A stretch of DNA of 64,000 nt from Escherichia coli (GCF_044647545.1 NZ_CP172818.1), one strand, 5' to 3'; counted from the first letter of the stretch, positions 50,000-63,073 are shown. Notes: generated by a model not told the origin, from the letters alone. Translations and numbers: made by a program.

Positions 50000-52633
50000 A
50001 TGAAAGCAGTATCTCGCGTTCACATCACCCCGCATATGCACTGGGATCGAGAGTGGTATTTCACCACCGAAGAGTCACGTATTCTGCTGGTCAATAATAT
50101 GGAAGAGATCCTGTGCCGACTGGAACAGGACAACGAATACAAATATTACGTACTCGACGGGCAAACGGCGATCCTCGAAGATTATTTCGCGGTGAAACCG
50201 GAAAACAAAGACCGTGTGAAGAAACAGGTAGAAGCCGGCAAGTTGATTATCGGCCCCTGGTATACCCAGACCGATACCACGATTGTTTCTGCGGAATCCA
50301 TCGTCCGTAATCTGATGTACGGAATGCGTGACTGCCTCGCGTTTGGCGAGCCGATGAAAATAGGTTATTTACCAGATTCCTTTGGCATGTCCGGGCAACT
50401 GCCGCATATCTACAATGGATTTGGCATTACCCGCACCATGTTCTGGCGCGGATGTTCGGAGCGCCACGGTACTGATAAAACCGAGTTTTTGTGGCAAAGC
50501 AGTGACGGTAGCGAAGTGACGGCGCAGGTGCTGCCGCTGGGCTACGCCATCGGTAAGTACTTACCTGCCGACGAAAACGGATTACGTAAACGCCTCGACA
50601 GTTATTTTGACGTGCTGGAAAAAGCGTCTGTAACCAAAGAGATTTTGCTGCCGAATGGGCATGACCAGATGCCATTGCAGCAAAATATCTTCGAAGTGAT
50701 GGATAAGCTACGTGAGATCTACCCTCAACGTAAGTTTGTGATGAGCCGCTTTGAAGAGGTATTTGAGAAGATCGAAGCGCAGCGAGATAATCTGGCAACC
50801 CTGAAAGGGGAATTTATTGATGGCAAATATATGCGCGTGCATCGCACCATCGGTTCTACGCGTATGGATATCAAAATTGCCCACGCGCGTATTGAAAATA
50901 AGATTGTTAATCTGCTGGAACCGCTGGCAACACTGGCCTGGACGTTGGGTTTTGAATACCACCACGGCTTGCTGGAGAAAATGTGGAAAGAGATCTTAAA
51001 AAATCATGCCCACGACAGTATCGGCTGCTGCTGTAGTGACAAAGTTCATCGCGAAATCGTCGCCCGCTTCGAACTGGCTGAAGACATGGCGGATAATCTG
51101 ATTCGTTTCTACATGCGCAAAATTGCCGACAACATGCCGCAGAGCGACGCCGACAAACTCGTCCTGTTTAACCTGATGCCCTGGCCGCGTGAAGAAGTTA
51201 TCAACACCACTGTGCGGCTGCGCGCCAGCCAGTTTAATTTGCGGGACGATCGCGGTCAGCCTGTACCGTATTTTATTCGCCATGCCCGTGAGATCGATCC
51301 AGGCCTAATCGATCGGCAAATAGTTCATTACGGTAATTACGATCCCTTTATGGAGTTTGATATACAGATCAACCAGATTGTCCCTTCTATGGGCTATCGC
51401 ACGCTTTATATCGAAGCGAATCAGCCTGGCAACGTAATTGCGGCAAAAAGTGACGCTGAAGGGATACTGGAAAATGCTTTCTGGCAAATTGCGCTCAATG
51501 AGGATGGTTCTCTGCAACTGGTAGATAAAGACAGCGGTGTGCGCTATGACCGGGTATTGCAAATTGAAGAAAGCTCTGATGATGGTGATGAATATGACTA
51601 TTCACCCGCAAAAGAAGAGTGGGTAATTACCGCAGCGAACGCGAAACCGCAATGCGATATTATTCATGAAGCCTGGCAGAGCAGGGCTGTTATCCGCTAT
51701 GACATGGCAGTGCCGCTCAATTTGTCAGAACGCAGCGCCCGGCAATCCACTGGCAGAGTAGGGGTGGTGTTGGTTGTCACTCTTAGTCATAACAGCAGGC
51801 GTATTGATGTGGATATCAATCTTGATAACCAGGCTGACGATCATCGCCTTCGTGTCCTGGTCCCTACACCTTTTAACACCGACAGTGTTCTGGCAGATAC
51901 GCAGTTTGGTTCGCTAACGCGCCCCGTGAACGACAGTGCAATGAACAACTGGCAGCAAGAAGGCTGGAAAGAAGCGCCGGTTCCGGTATGGAATATGCTC
52001 AACTATGTTGCCTTACAGGAAGGGCGTAACGGCATGGCTGTCTTTAGCGAAGGGTTACGTGAATTTGAAGTCATCGGTGAAGAGAAGAAAACCTTTGCCA
52101 TTACGTTGCTGCGTGGCGTGGGCTTACTGGGCAAAGAAGATCTGCTTTTAAGGCCTGGGCGGCCTTCGGGAATTAAAATGCCAGTCCCGGACTCACAACT
52201 ACGTGGTCTGCTTTCTTGTCGCCTAAGTTTATTGAGTTATACCGGTACGCCAACCGCCGCTGGTGTAGCTCAGCAGGCGCGAGCATGGCTGACTCCAGTA
52301 CAGTGTTACAACAAAATCCCATGGGATGTGATGAAGCTCAACAAAGCCGGATTCAACGTGCCGGAAAGTTATAGTTTGTTGAAAATGCCCCCAGTGGGAT
52401 GCCTGATAAGCGCACTTAAGAAAGCTGAAGACCGACAAGAAGTGATTTTACGGCTGTTTAATCCGGCTGAATCAGCAACCTGTGATGCGACTGTTGCTTT
52501 CAGTCGCGAGGTGATTTCTTGCTCAGAAACGATGATGGATGAACACATTACCACCGAGGAAAATCAAGGTTCAAATCTATCGGGGCCTTTTTTACCCGGC
52601 CAGTCACGGACGTTCAGTTACCGGCTTGCCTGA
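50000..52633 (+). CDS. mngB: Alpha-mannosidase (GH38)
   Basis: 877-aa [39 protein letters not shown]... Confidence 0.9.
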
Positions 52634-53482
52634 ATAGCAATCAAACCGAAGCCACATATGCGCGGCCAGATTGTTGACAAAGGGCGCTTTGTTCATGCCG
52701 GATACGGCATGAACGCTTTATTCGGTCTACAAAAGCAGGCAAATTCAATATATTGCAGAGATGATGTAGACACTGGCAAGCGTAGCGCATCAGGTAATTT
52801 TGCGTTTATCTTCACTCTCAAGCCACGTATATGTGGCTTTATTTTTAACAAAATAATAACCCTGGGTGAGTTAATTATAATATAATTATAAGTTAACTAA
52901 ATGTTAATATTGGCGGGGTGGATTTATGCCTTTATTAGTAATCCTGAAACTCTGCGTCGTATTAGCCAGTGACCAAAAAAAGAATTAAGGTCAACCGTGC
53001 TGTTTTTGCTTCGTCTCTTTTTATCTTTAATTGCCAACCGAAACTAATTTCAGCCTTATAACTCACACATTTTAAACATAAATGTCACTAAAGTTACCTT
53101 ATTGAAACATAATTAACATATTTGGTTGGTTTTGATATAAATCAATTTTTAATTCTTGAAAAAAATCTGCAAAACACGATAAATTGTCGTAGATCAAATT
53201 GGTGAGATCGTGACAATTTCGCTATAAATTGATCACTGTCGAAAAATGCAAATTTGCTCAATAAAAACCTGTTTATTGTAAGGATTTTGCGGCGTAATAT
53301 AATTACGGGATCAATTTGGTTTATTCATTAACATATTTGTAACTTTTTTATCATTGTCTTTTCCTCTTTTGATGAAATGGCAACGATAGAGGCGAGCAAA
53401 TAATTTTGTATTGGGGCATGCGTGTGACCCTTTCTAACGGGGTTCACTCTCGGAGTCTTCATGCGATGAGCAAGGAGTCATG
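52634..53482 (+). promoter_or_regulatory. cydAB upstream regulatory region
   Basis: About 850-bp AT-rich intergenic region before cydA, of the size expected for its multi-promoter control region; individual sites not resolved. Confidence 0.5.
52696..52730. repeat. Diverged REP-like palindromic element
   Basis: gccggatacggcatgaacgctttattcggtctac resembles the REP consensus GCCGGATGCGGCGTGAACGCCTTATCCGGCCTAC. Confidence 0.5.
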
Positions 53483-55051
53483 ATGTTAGATATAGTCGAA
53501 CTGTCGCGCTTACAGTTTGCCTTGACCGCGATGTACCACTTCCTTTTTGTGCCACTGACGCTCGGTATGGCGTTCCTGCTGGCCATTATGGAAACGGTCT
53601 ACGTCCTTTCCGGCAAACAGATTTATAAAGATATGACCAAGTTCTGGGGCAAGTTGTTTGGTATCAACTTCGCTCTGGGTGTGGCTACCGGTCTGACCAT
53701 GGAGTTCCAGTTCGGGACTAACTGGTCTTACTATTCCCACTATGTAGGGGATATCTTCGGTGCGCCGCTGGCAATCGAAGGTCTAATGGCCTTCTTCCTC
53801 GAATCCACCTTTGTAGGTCTGTTCTTCTTCGGTTGGGATCGTCTGGGTAAAGTTCAGCATATGTGTGTCACCTGGCTGGTGGCGCTCGGTTCAAACCTGT
53901 CCGCACTGTGGATTCTGGTTGCGAACGGCTGGATGCAAAACCCAATCGCGTCCGATTTCAACTTTGAAACTATGCGTATGGAGATGGTGAGCTTCTCCGA
54001 GCTGGTGCTTAACCCGGTTGCTCAGGTGAAATTCGTTCACACTGTAGCGTCTGGTTATGTGACTGGCGCGATGTTCATCCTCGGTATCAGCGCATGGTAT
54101 ATGCTGAAAGGTCGTGACTTCGCCTTCGCTAAACGCTCCTTTGCTATCGCTGCCAGCTTCGGTATGGCTGCCGTTCTGTCTGTTATTGTTCTGGGTGATG
54201 AATCTGGTTACGAAATGGGCGACGTGCAGAAAACCAAACTGGCTGCTATTGAAGCCGAGTGGGAAACGCAACCTGCGCCTGCTGCCTTTACTCTGTTCGG
54301 CATTCCTGATCAGGAAGAGGAGACGAACAAATTTGCGATCCAGATCCCTTACGCGCTGGGCATCATTGCAACGCGTTCCGTGGATACTCCAGTTATCGGC
54401 CTGAAAGAACTGATGGTGCAGCATGAAGAACGCATTCGTAACGGGATGAAGGCGTACTCTCTGCTCGAGCAACTGCGTTCTGGTTCTACCGACCAGGCGG
54501 TTCGTGACCAGTTCAATAGCATGAAGAAAGACCTCGGTTACGGTCTGCTGCTGAAACGCTATACGCCAAACGTGGCTGATGCGACTGAAGCGCAGATTCA
54601 ACAGGCAACCAAAGACTCCATTCCGCGTGTAGCGCCGCTGTACTTCGCGTTCCGTATTATGGTGGCGTGTGGCTTCCTGCTGCTGGCAATCATCGCGCTC
54701 TCTTTCTGGAGTGTCATCCGCAACCGCATTGGCGAGAAAAAATGGCTGCTGCGCGCCGCGCTGTACGGTATTCCGCTGCCGTGGATTGCTGTAGAAGCGG
54801 GCTGGTTTGTGGCTGAATATGGCCGCCAACCGTGGGCTATCGGTGAAGTGCTGCCGACAGCTGTGGCGAACTCGTCACTGACCGCAGGCGATCTCATCTT
54901 CTCAATGGTGCTGATTTGCGGCCTGTATACCCTGTTCCTGGTGGCAGAATTGTTCTTAATGTTCAAGTTTGCACGCCTCGGCCCAAGCAGCCTGAAAACC
55001 GGTCGCTATCACTTTGAGCAGTCTTCCACGACTACTCAGCCGGCACGCTAA
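53483..55051 (+). CDS. cydA: Cytochrome bd-I ubiquinol oxidase subunit I
   Basis: 522 aa from [28 protein letters not shown]. Confidence 0.95.
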
Positions 55052-55066
55052 GACAGGAGTCGTCAA

Positions 55067-56206
55067 ATGATCGATTATGAAGTATTGCGTTTTATCTGGT
55101 GGCTGCTGGTTGGCGTTCTGCTGATTGGTTTTGCAGTCACTGACGGTTTCGACATGGGGGTGGGCATGCTCACCCGTTTCCTCGGTCGTAACGACACCGA
55201 GCGTCGAATTATGATTAACTCCATTGCACCACACTGGGACGGTAACCAGGTTTGGCTGATCACCGCGGGCGGCGCACTCTTTGCTGCCTGGCCGATGGTC
55301 TATGCCGCTGCGTTCTCCGGCTTCTATGTGGCGATGATCCTCGTGCTGGCGTCTTTGTTCTTCCGTCCGGTCGGTTTTGACTACCGCTCCAAGATTGAAG
55401 AAACCCGCTGGCGTAACATGTGGGACTGGGGCATCTTCATTGGTAGCTTCGTTCCGCCGCTGGTGATTGGTGTAGCGTTCGGTAACCTGTTGCAGGGCGT
55501 ACCGTTCAACGTTGATGAATATCTGCGTCTGTACTACACCGGTAACTTTTTCCAGCTGCTTAACCCGTTCGGCCTGCTGGCAGGCGTGGTGAGCGTAGGG
55601 ATGATCATTACTCAGGGCGCAACCTATCTGCAAATGCGTACCGTGGGTGAACTGCACTTGCGTACCCGTGCAACGGCTCAGGTGGCGGCACTGGTGACAC
55701 TGGTCTGCTTCGCACTGGCTGGCGTATGGGTGATGTACGGTATCGATGGTTATGTTGTGAAATCAACAATGGACCATTACGCAGCCTCTAACCCGCTGAA
55801 TAAAGAAGTGGTTCGTGAAGCTGGCGCATGGCTGGTTAACTTCAACAACACGCCAATTCTGTGGGCTATTCCGGCACTGGGTGTGGTTCTGCCGCTGCTG
55901 ACCATCCTGACTGCACGTATGGATAAAGCCGCGTGGGCGTTTGTGTTCTCCTCCCTGACGCTGGCCTGCATCATCCTGACTGCCGGTATCGCAATGTTCC
56001 CGTTTGTGATGCCGTCCAGCACCATGATGAACGCAAGTCTGACAATGTGGGATGCAACTTCCAGCCAGCTGACGCTTAACGTCATGACCTGGGTTGCGGT
56101 GGTTCTGGTACCGATCATTCTGCTCTACACCGCCTGGTGCTACTGGAAAATGTTCGGTCGTATCACCAAAGAAGATATTGAACGTAACACCCACTCTCTG
56201 TACTAA
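55067..56206 (+). CDS. cydB: Cytochrome bd-I ubiquinol oxidase subunit II
   Basis: 379-aa ORF MIDYEVLRFIWWLLVGVLLIGFAVTDGFDMGVG... Confidence 0.95.
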   Translation: MIDYEVLRFIWWLLVGVLLIGFAVTDGFDMGVGMLTRFLGRNDTERRIMINSIAPHWDGNQVWLITAGGALFAAWPMVYAAAFSGFYVAMILVLASLFFRPVGFDYRSKIEETRWRNMWDWGIFIGSFVPPLVIGVAFGNLLQGVPFNVDEYLRLYYTGNFFQLLNPFGLLAGVVSVGMIITQGATYLQMRTVGELHLRTRATAQVAALVTLVCFALAGVWVMYGIDGYVVKSTMDHYAASNPLNKEVVREAGAWLVNFNNTPILWAIPALGVVLPLLTILTARMDKAAWAFVFSSLTLACIILTAGIAMFPFVMPSSTMMNASLTMWDATSSQLTLNVMTWVAVVLVPIILLYTAWCYWKMFGRITKEDIERNTHSLY

Positions 56207-56220
56207 GTAAGGAGCTAAAA

Positions 56221-56334
56221 ATGTGGTATTTCGCATGGATTCTGGGAACGCTTCTTGCCTGTTCGTTTGGGGTAATCACCGCGCTGGCGCTTGAGCACGT
56301 CGAATCAGGCAAAGCCGGTCAAGAAGACATCTGA
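56221..56334 (+). CDS. cydX: Cytochrome bd-I small subunit CydX, 37 aa
   Basis: Direct translation gives MWYFAWILGTLLACSFGVITALALEHVESGKAGQEDI* with an AGGAG Shine-Dalgarno; under 60 aa so absent from the ORF track. Confidence 0.85.
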   Translation: MWYFAWILGTLLACSFGVITALALEHVESGKAGQEDI

Positions 56335-56627
56335 TGAGTAAGATTATCGCAACCTTGTATGCGGTAATGGACAAGCGCCCCCTGCGGGCGCTTTCCTTCG
56401 TGATGGCGCTTCTGTTAGCAGGATGTATGTTTTGGGACCCATCACGTTTCGCCGCGAAGACCAGTGAACTGGAAATCTGGCATGGTTTATTGCTGATGTG
56501 GGCCGTCTGTGCTGGTGTGATTCACGGCGTGGGCTTTCGTCCGCAGAAGGTTCTCTGGCAAGGGATTTTTTGCCCTTTGCTTGCCGATATTGTTCTCATT
56601 GTCGGGCTGATTTTCTTCTTCTTTTAA
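56334..56627 (+). CDS. ybgE: Small membrane protein YbgE (cyd operon)
   Basis: 97-aa ORF; its ATG overlaps the cydX stop. Confidence 0.85.
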   Translation: MSKIIATLYAVMDKRPLRALSFVMALLLAGCMFWDPSRFAAKTSELEIWHGLLLMWAVCAGVIHGVGFRPQKVLWQGIFCPLLADIVLIVGLIFFFF

Positions 56628-56644
56628 ATCAGAATTCTCTTTAA

Positions 56645-56680
56645 AAATTTATGGGCCGCTTCAGGCCCATAAATTTTTAC
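56645..56680 (+). terminator. Intrinsic terminator after cydABX-ybgE
   Basis: aaatttatgggcc-gcttca-ggcccataaattttt. Confidence 0.65.
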
Positions 56681-56776
56681 GCTCCCTTAACTTGCCCTCA
56701 TTCCCAAACCTCAATCGCGCGCGTATAGTAGCAGCGTTTAAAAGCTCTAACTTTTGTTGCATTACCGGGATGTAAA

Positions 56777-57870
<1,094 letters not shown>

Positions 57871-57873
57871 GCC

Positions 57874-58302
57874 ATGGCCAGAGCGCGTGGACGAGGTCGT
57901 CGCGATCTCAAGTCCGAAATCAACATTGTACCGTTGCTGGACGTACTGCTGGTGCTGTTGCTGATCTTTATGGCGACAGCGCCCATCATTACCCAGAGCG
58001 TGGAGGTCGATCTGCCAGACGCTACTGAATCACAGGCGGTGAGCAGTAACGATAATCCGCCAGTGATTGTTGAAGTGTCTGGTATTGGTCAGTACACCGT
58101 GGTGGTTGAGAAAGATCGCCTGGAGCGTTTACCACCAGAGCAGGTGGTGGCGGAAGTGTCCAGCCGTTTCAAGGCCAACCCGAAAACGGTCTTTCTGATC
58201 GGTGGCGCAAAAGATGTGCCTTACGATGAAATAATTAAAGCACTGAACTTGTTACATAGTGCGGGTGTGAAATCGGTTGGTTTAATGACGCAGCCTATCT
58301 AA
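57874..58302 (+). CDS. tolR: Tol-Pal system protein TolR
   Basis: 142-aa ORF MARARGRGRRDLKSEINIVPLLDVLLVLLLIFMATAP... Confidence 0.95.
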   Translation: MARARGRGRRDLKSEINIVPLLDVLLVLLLIFMATAPIITQSVEVDLPDATESQAVSSNDNPPVIVEVSGIGQYTVVVEKDRLERLPPEQVVAEVSSRFKANPKTVFLIGGAKDVPYDEIIKALNLLHSAGVKSVGLMTQPI

Positions 58303-58366
58303 ACATCTGCGTTTCCCTTGCTTGAAAGAGAGCGGGTAACAGGCGAACAGTTTTTGGAAACCGAGA

Positions 58367-59632
58367 GTGTCAAAGGCAACCGAACAAAACGACAAGCTCA
58401 AACGGGCGATAATTATTTCAGCAGTGCTGCATGTCATCTTATTTGCGGCGCTGATCTGGAGTTCGTTCGATGAGAATATAGAAGCTTCAGCCGGAGGCGG
58501 CGGTGGTTCGTCCATCGACGCTGTCATGGTTGATTCAGGTGCGGTAGTTGAGCAGTACAAACGCATGCAAAGCCAGGAATCAAGCGCGAAGCGTTCTGAT
58601 GAGCAGCGCAAGATGAAGGAACAGCAGGCTGCTGAAGAACTGCGTGAGAAACAAGCGGCTGAACAGGAACGCCTGAAGCAACTTGAGAAAGAGCGGTTAG
58701 CGGCTCAGGAACAGAAAAAGCAGGCTGAAGAAGCCGCAAAACAGGCCGAGTTAAAGCAGAAGCAAGCGGAAGAAGCGGCAGCGAAAGCGGCGGCAGATGC
58801 TAAAGCGAAGGCTGAAGCGGATGCAAAAGCTGCGGAAGAAGCAGCGAAGAAAGCGGCTGCAGACGCGAAGAAAAAAGCAGAAGCAGAAGCCGCCAAAGCC
58901 GCAGCCGAAGCGCAGAAAAAAGCCGAGGCAGCCGCGGCGGCACTGAAGAAGAAAGCGGAAGCGGCAGAAGCAGCTGCAGCTGAAGCAAGAAAGAAAGCGG
59001 CAACTGAAGCTGCTGAAAAAGCCAAAGCAGAAGCTGAGAAGAAAGCGGCTGCTGAAAAGGCTGCAGCTGATAAGAAAGCGGCAGCAGAGAAAGCGGCAGC
59101 CGACAAAAAAGCAGCAGAAAAAGCGGCTGCTGAAAAGGCAGCAGCTGATAAGAAAGCAGCGGCAGAAAAAGCCGCCGCAGACAAAAAAGCGGCAGCGGCA
59201 AAAGCAGCAGCTGAAAAAGCCGCTGCAGCAAAAGCTGCCGCAGAGGCAGATGATATTTTCGGTGAGCTAAGCTCTGGTAAGAATGCACCGAAAACGGGGG
59301 GAGGGGCGAAAGGGAACAATGCTTCGCCAGCCGGGAGTGGTAATACTAAAAACAATGGCGCATCAGGGGCCGATATCAATAACTATGCCGGGCAGATTAA
59401 ATCTGCTATCGAAAGTAAGTTCTATGACGCATCGTCCTATGCAGGCAAAACCTGTACGCTGCGCATAAAACTGGCACCCGATGGTATGTTACTGGATATC
59501 AAACCTGAAGGTGGCGATCCCGCACTTTGTCAGGCTGCGTTGGCAGCAGCTAAACTTGCGAAGATCCCGAAACCACCAAGCCAGGCAGTATATGAAGTGT
59601 TCAAAAACGCGCCATTGGACTTCAAACCGTAA
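58367..59632 (+). CDS. tolA: Tol-Pal system protein TolA
   Basis: 421-aa ORF with N-terminal anchor, long Ala/Lys/Glu-rich helical domain II and C-terminal domain III; GTG start. Confidence 0.95.
   Translation: MSKATEQNDKLKRAIIISAVLHVILFAALIWSSFDENIEASAGGGGGSSIDAVMVDSGAVVEQYKRMQSQESSAKRSDEQRKMKEQQAAEELREKQAAEQERLKQLEKERLAAQEQKKQAEEAAKQAELKQKQAEEAAAKAAADAKAKAEADAKAAEEAAKKAAADAKKKAEAEAAKAAAEAQKKAEAAAAALKKKAEAAEAAAAEARKKAATEAAEKAKAEAEKKAAAEKAAADKKAAAEKAAADKKAAEKAAAEKAAADKKAAAEKAAADKKAAAAKAAAEKAAAAKAAAEADDIFGELSSGKNAPKTGGGAKGNNASPAGSGNTKNNGASGADINNYAGQIKSAIESKFYDASSYAGKTCTLRIKLAPDGMLLDIKPEGGDPALCQAALAAAKLAKIPKPPSQAVYEVFKNAPLDFKP
59035..59250 (+). repeat. Tandem coding repeats in tolA domain II (KAAAEKAAADKKAA units)
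   Basis: Repeated gctgctgaaaaggcagcagctgataagaaagcggcagca-like units; encodes reiterated AEKAAADKKAAA. Confidence 0.8.
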
Positions 59633-59764
59633 TCGCGATGTTGACTGTTCCGACGGTCAACATCAGGCACCGGTTGCCACGGGGTTCTGGTAGTTTTGTG
59701 TATTTTAGTTTGTTAACATTCTGCTAAATTATCGTGGGCCATCGGTCCAGATAAGGGAGATATG

Positions 59765-61057
59765 ATGAAGCAGGCATTACGAGTAGCATTTGGTTTTCTC
59801 ATACTGTGGGCATCAGTTCTGCATGCTGAAGTCCGCATTGTGATCGACAGCGGTGTAGATTCCGGTCGTCCTATTGGAGTTGTTCCTTTCCAGTGGGCGG
59901 GCCCTGGTGCGGCACCTGAAGATATTGGCGGCATCGTTGCTGCCGACTTGCGTAACAGCGGTAAATTTAATCCGTTAGATCGCGCTCGTCTGCCACAGCA
60001 GCCGGGTAGTGCGCAGGAAGTACAACCAGCTGCATGGTCCGCGCTGGGTATTGACGCTGTAGTTGTCGGTCAGGTCACTCCGAATCCGGATGGTTCTTAC
60101 AATGTTGCTTATCAACTTGTTGACACTGGCGGCGCACCGGGTACTGTACTTGCTCAGAACTCGTACAAAGTGAACAAGCAGTGGCTGCGTTATGCTGGTC
60201 ATACCGCCAGTGATGAAGTGTTTGAAAAACTGACCGGCATTAAAGGTGCGTTTCGTACCCGTATTGCCTACGTTGTTCAGACCAACGGCGGTCAGTTCCC
60301 GTATGAACTGCGCGTATCTGACTATGACGGTTACAACCAGTTTGTCGTTCACCGTTCACCGCAGCCGCTGATGTCTCCGGCGTGGTCACCAGACGGTTCT
60401 AAACTGGCTTATGTGACCTTCGAAAGCGGTCGTTCCGCGCTGGTTATTCAGACGCTGGCAAATGGCGCTGTACGTCAGGTGGCTTCATTCCCGCGTCACA
60501 ACGGTGCACCTGCATTCTCGCCAGACGGCAGCAAACTGGCATTCGCCTTGTCGAAAACCGGTAGTCTGAACCTGTACGTAATGGATTTGGCTTCTGGTCA
60601 GATCCGCCAGGTGACTGATGGTCGCAGTAACAATACCGAACCGACCTGGTTCCCGGATAGCCAGAACCTTGCATTTACTTCTGACCAGGCCGGTCGTCCA
60701 CAGGTTTATAAAGTGAATATCAACGGCGGTGCGCCACAACGTATTACCTGGGAAGGTTCGCAGAACCAGGATGCGGATGTCAGCAGCGACGGTAAATTTA
60801 TGGTAATGGTTAGCTCCAACGGTGGACAGCAGCACATTGCCAAACAAGATCTGGCAACGGGAGGCGTACAAGTTCTGTCGTCCACGTTCCTGGATGAAAC
60901 GCCAAGTCTGGCACCTAACGGCACTATGGTAATCTACAGCTCTTCTCAGGGGATGGGATCCGTGCTGAATTTGGTTTCTACAGATGGGCGTTTCAAAGCG
61001 CGTCTTCCGGCAACTGATGGACAGGTCAAATTCCCTGCCTGGTCGCCGTATCTGTGA
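59765..61057 (+). CDS. tolB: Tol-Pal system periplasmic protein TolB
   Basis: 430 aa from [21 protein letters not shown]; beta-propeller. Confidence 0.95.
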   Translation: MKQALRVAFGFLILWASVLHAEVRIVIDSGVDSGRPIGVVPFQWAGPGAAPEDIGGIVAADLRNSGKFNPLDRARLPQQPGSAQEVQPAAWSALGIDAVVVGQVTPNPDGSYNVAYQLVDTGGAPGTVLAQNSYKVNKQWLRYAGHTASDEVFEKLTGIKGAFRTRIAYVVQTNGGQFPYELRVSDYDGYNQFVVHRSPQPLMSPAWSPDGSKLAYVTFESGRSALVIQTLANGAVRQVASFPRHNGAPAFSPDGSKLAFALSKTGSLNLYVMDLASGQIRQVTDGRSNNTEPTWFPDSQNLAFTSDQAGRPQVYKVNINGGAPQRITWEGSQNQDADVSSDGKFMVMVSSNGGQQHIAKQDLATGGVQVLSSTFLDETPSLAPNGTMVIYSSSQGMGSVLNLVSTDGRFKARLPATDGQVKFPAWSPYL

Positions 61058-61067
61058 TAATAATTAA

Positions 61068-61613
<546 letters not shown>

Positions 61614-61622
61614 GAGAATTGC

Positions 61623-62414
61623 ATGAGCAGTAACTTCAGACATCAACTATTGAGTCTGTCGTTACTGGTTGGTATAGCGGCCCCCTGGGCCGCTTTTGCT
61701 CAGGCACCAATCAGTAGTGTCGGCTCAGGCTCGGTCGAAGACCGCGTCACTCAACTTGAGCGTATTTCTAATGCTCACAGCCAGCTTTTAACCCAACTCC
61801 AGCAACAACTCTCTGATAATCAATCCGATATTGATTCCCTGCGTGGTCAGATTCAGGAAAATCAGTATCAACTGAATCAGGTCGTGGAGCGGCAAAAGCA
61901 GATCCTGTTGCAGATCGACAGCCTCAGCAGCGGTGGTGCAGCGGCGCAATCAACCAGCGGTGATCAAAGCGGTGCGGCGGCATCAACGACGCCGACAGCT
62001 GATGCTGGTACTGCGAATGCTGGCGCGCCGGTGAAAAGCGGTGATGCAAACACGGATTACAATGCAGCTATTGCGCTGGTGCAGGATAAATCCCGCCAGG
62101 ATGACGCAATGGTGGCATTTCAGAATTTCATCAAAAATTACCCTGATTCAACTTACCTGCCAAACGCCAATTATTGGCTGGGTCAGTTAAACTACAACAA
62201 GGGTAAAAAAGATGATGCGGCGTATTATTTTGCTTCGGTAGTGAAAAACTATCCGAAGTCACCGAAGGCTGCAGATGCGATGTTTAAAGTCGGCGTCATC
62301 ATGCAGGACAAAGGTGACACCGCAAAAGCGAAAGCCGTATACCAGCAGGTTATCAGTAAATACCCTGGTACTGATGGCGCTAAACAGGCGCAAAAACGTC
62401 TGAACGCGATGTAA
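61623..62414 (+). CDS. cpoB: Cell division coordinator CpoB (YbgF), TPR protein
   Basis: 263-aa ORF with signal peptide, coiled coil and TPR repeats; last gene of the tol-pal cluster. Confidence 0.9.
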   Translation: MSSNFRHQLLSLSLLVGIAAPWAAFAQAPISSVGSGSVEDRVTQLERISNAHSQLLTQLQQQLSDNQSDIDSLRGQIQENQYQLNQVVERQKQILLQIDSLSSGGAAAQSTSGDQSGAAASTTPTADAGTANAGAPVKSGDANTDYNAAIALVQDKSRQDDAMVAFQNFIKNYPDSTYLPNANYWLGQLNYNKGKKDDAAYYFASVVKNYPKSPKAADAMFKVGVIMQDKGDTAKAKAVYQQVISKYPGTDGAKQAQKRLNAM

Positions 62415-62578
62415 TGCATAACACACGACCAGAAGTCGCATTATTTCTGGTCGTGTCGTGCGAATCATAAGCAGTTGAGTGATCTACATCGAAATTTTTG
62501 TTGCGCTCAAGTCTGAAATCAGTAATATATGCCGCCGTTGCCACGGGATATCAAACAAACCGAAAGCAACGAAAAAGT

Positions 62579-62654
62579 GGGTCGTTAGCTCAGTTGGTAG
62601 AGCAGTTGACTTTTAATCAATTGGTCGCAGGTTCGAATCCTGCACGACCCACCA
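62579..62654 (+). tRNA. lysT: tRNA-Lys (UUU)
   Basis: 76-nt gggtcgttagctcagttggtagagcagttgacttttaatcaattggtcgcaggttcgaatcctgcacgacccacca; anticodon loop cuUUUaa; encoded CCA. Confidence 0.95.
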
Positions 62655-62789
62655 ATCGCTAAGGTGGAAGCGGTAGTAAAACGTGAAGGATAACGTTGCG
62701 TCAGCAACGGCCCGAAGGGCGAGACGAAGTCGAGTCATCCTGCACGACCCACCACTAACATAGTTAGTTGTAGTATCCAGCGTAGTATC

Positions 62790-62865
62790 GGGTGATTAGC
62801 TCAGCTGGGAGAGCACCTCCCTTACAAGGAGGGGGTCGGCGGTTCGATCCCGTCATCACCCACCA
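62790..62865 (+). tRNA. valT: tRNA-Val (UAC)
   Basis: 76-nt gggtgattagctcagctgggagagcacctcccttacaaggagggggtcggcggttcgatcccgtcatcacccacca. Confidence 0.95.
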
Positions 62866-62867
62866 CC

Positions 62868-62943
62868 GGGTCGTTAGCTCAGTTGGTAGAGCAGTTGACT
62901 TTTAATCAATTGGTCGCAGGTTCGAATCCTGCACGACCCACCA
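62868..62943 (+). tRNA. lysW: tRNA-Lys (UUU)
   Basis: Identical 76-nt tRNA-Lys sequence. Confidence 0.95.
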
Positions 62944-62994
62944 CTAATTACGGTGGGTTCGGTGGAAGTAGTTTGTAGTATCCAGCGCAGTATC

Positions 62995-63070
62995 GGGTGA
63001 TTAGCTCAGCTGGGAGAGCACCTCCCTTACAAGGAGGGGGTCGGCGGTTCGATCCCGTCATCACCCACCA
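62995..63070 (+). tRNA. valZ: tRNA-Val (UAC)
   Basis: Identical 76-nt tRNA-Val sequence. Confidence 0.95.
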
Positions 63071-63073
63071 CTC

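Noticed and set aside
52658-52885. 75-aa ORF in the mngB-cydA intergenic region
   Set aside because: No Shine-Dalgarno; it overlaps a REP-like palindrome and an AT-rich promoter region, so it is most likely non-coding.
58705-59379. Ala/Leu-rich antisense ORFs opposite the tolA repeat region
   Set aside because: Low-complexity artefact of the GCN-rich tolA domain II coding repeats.
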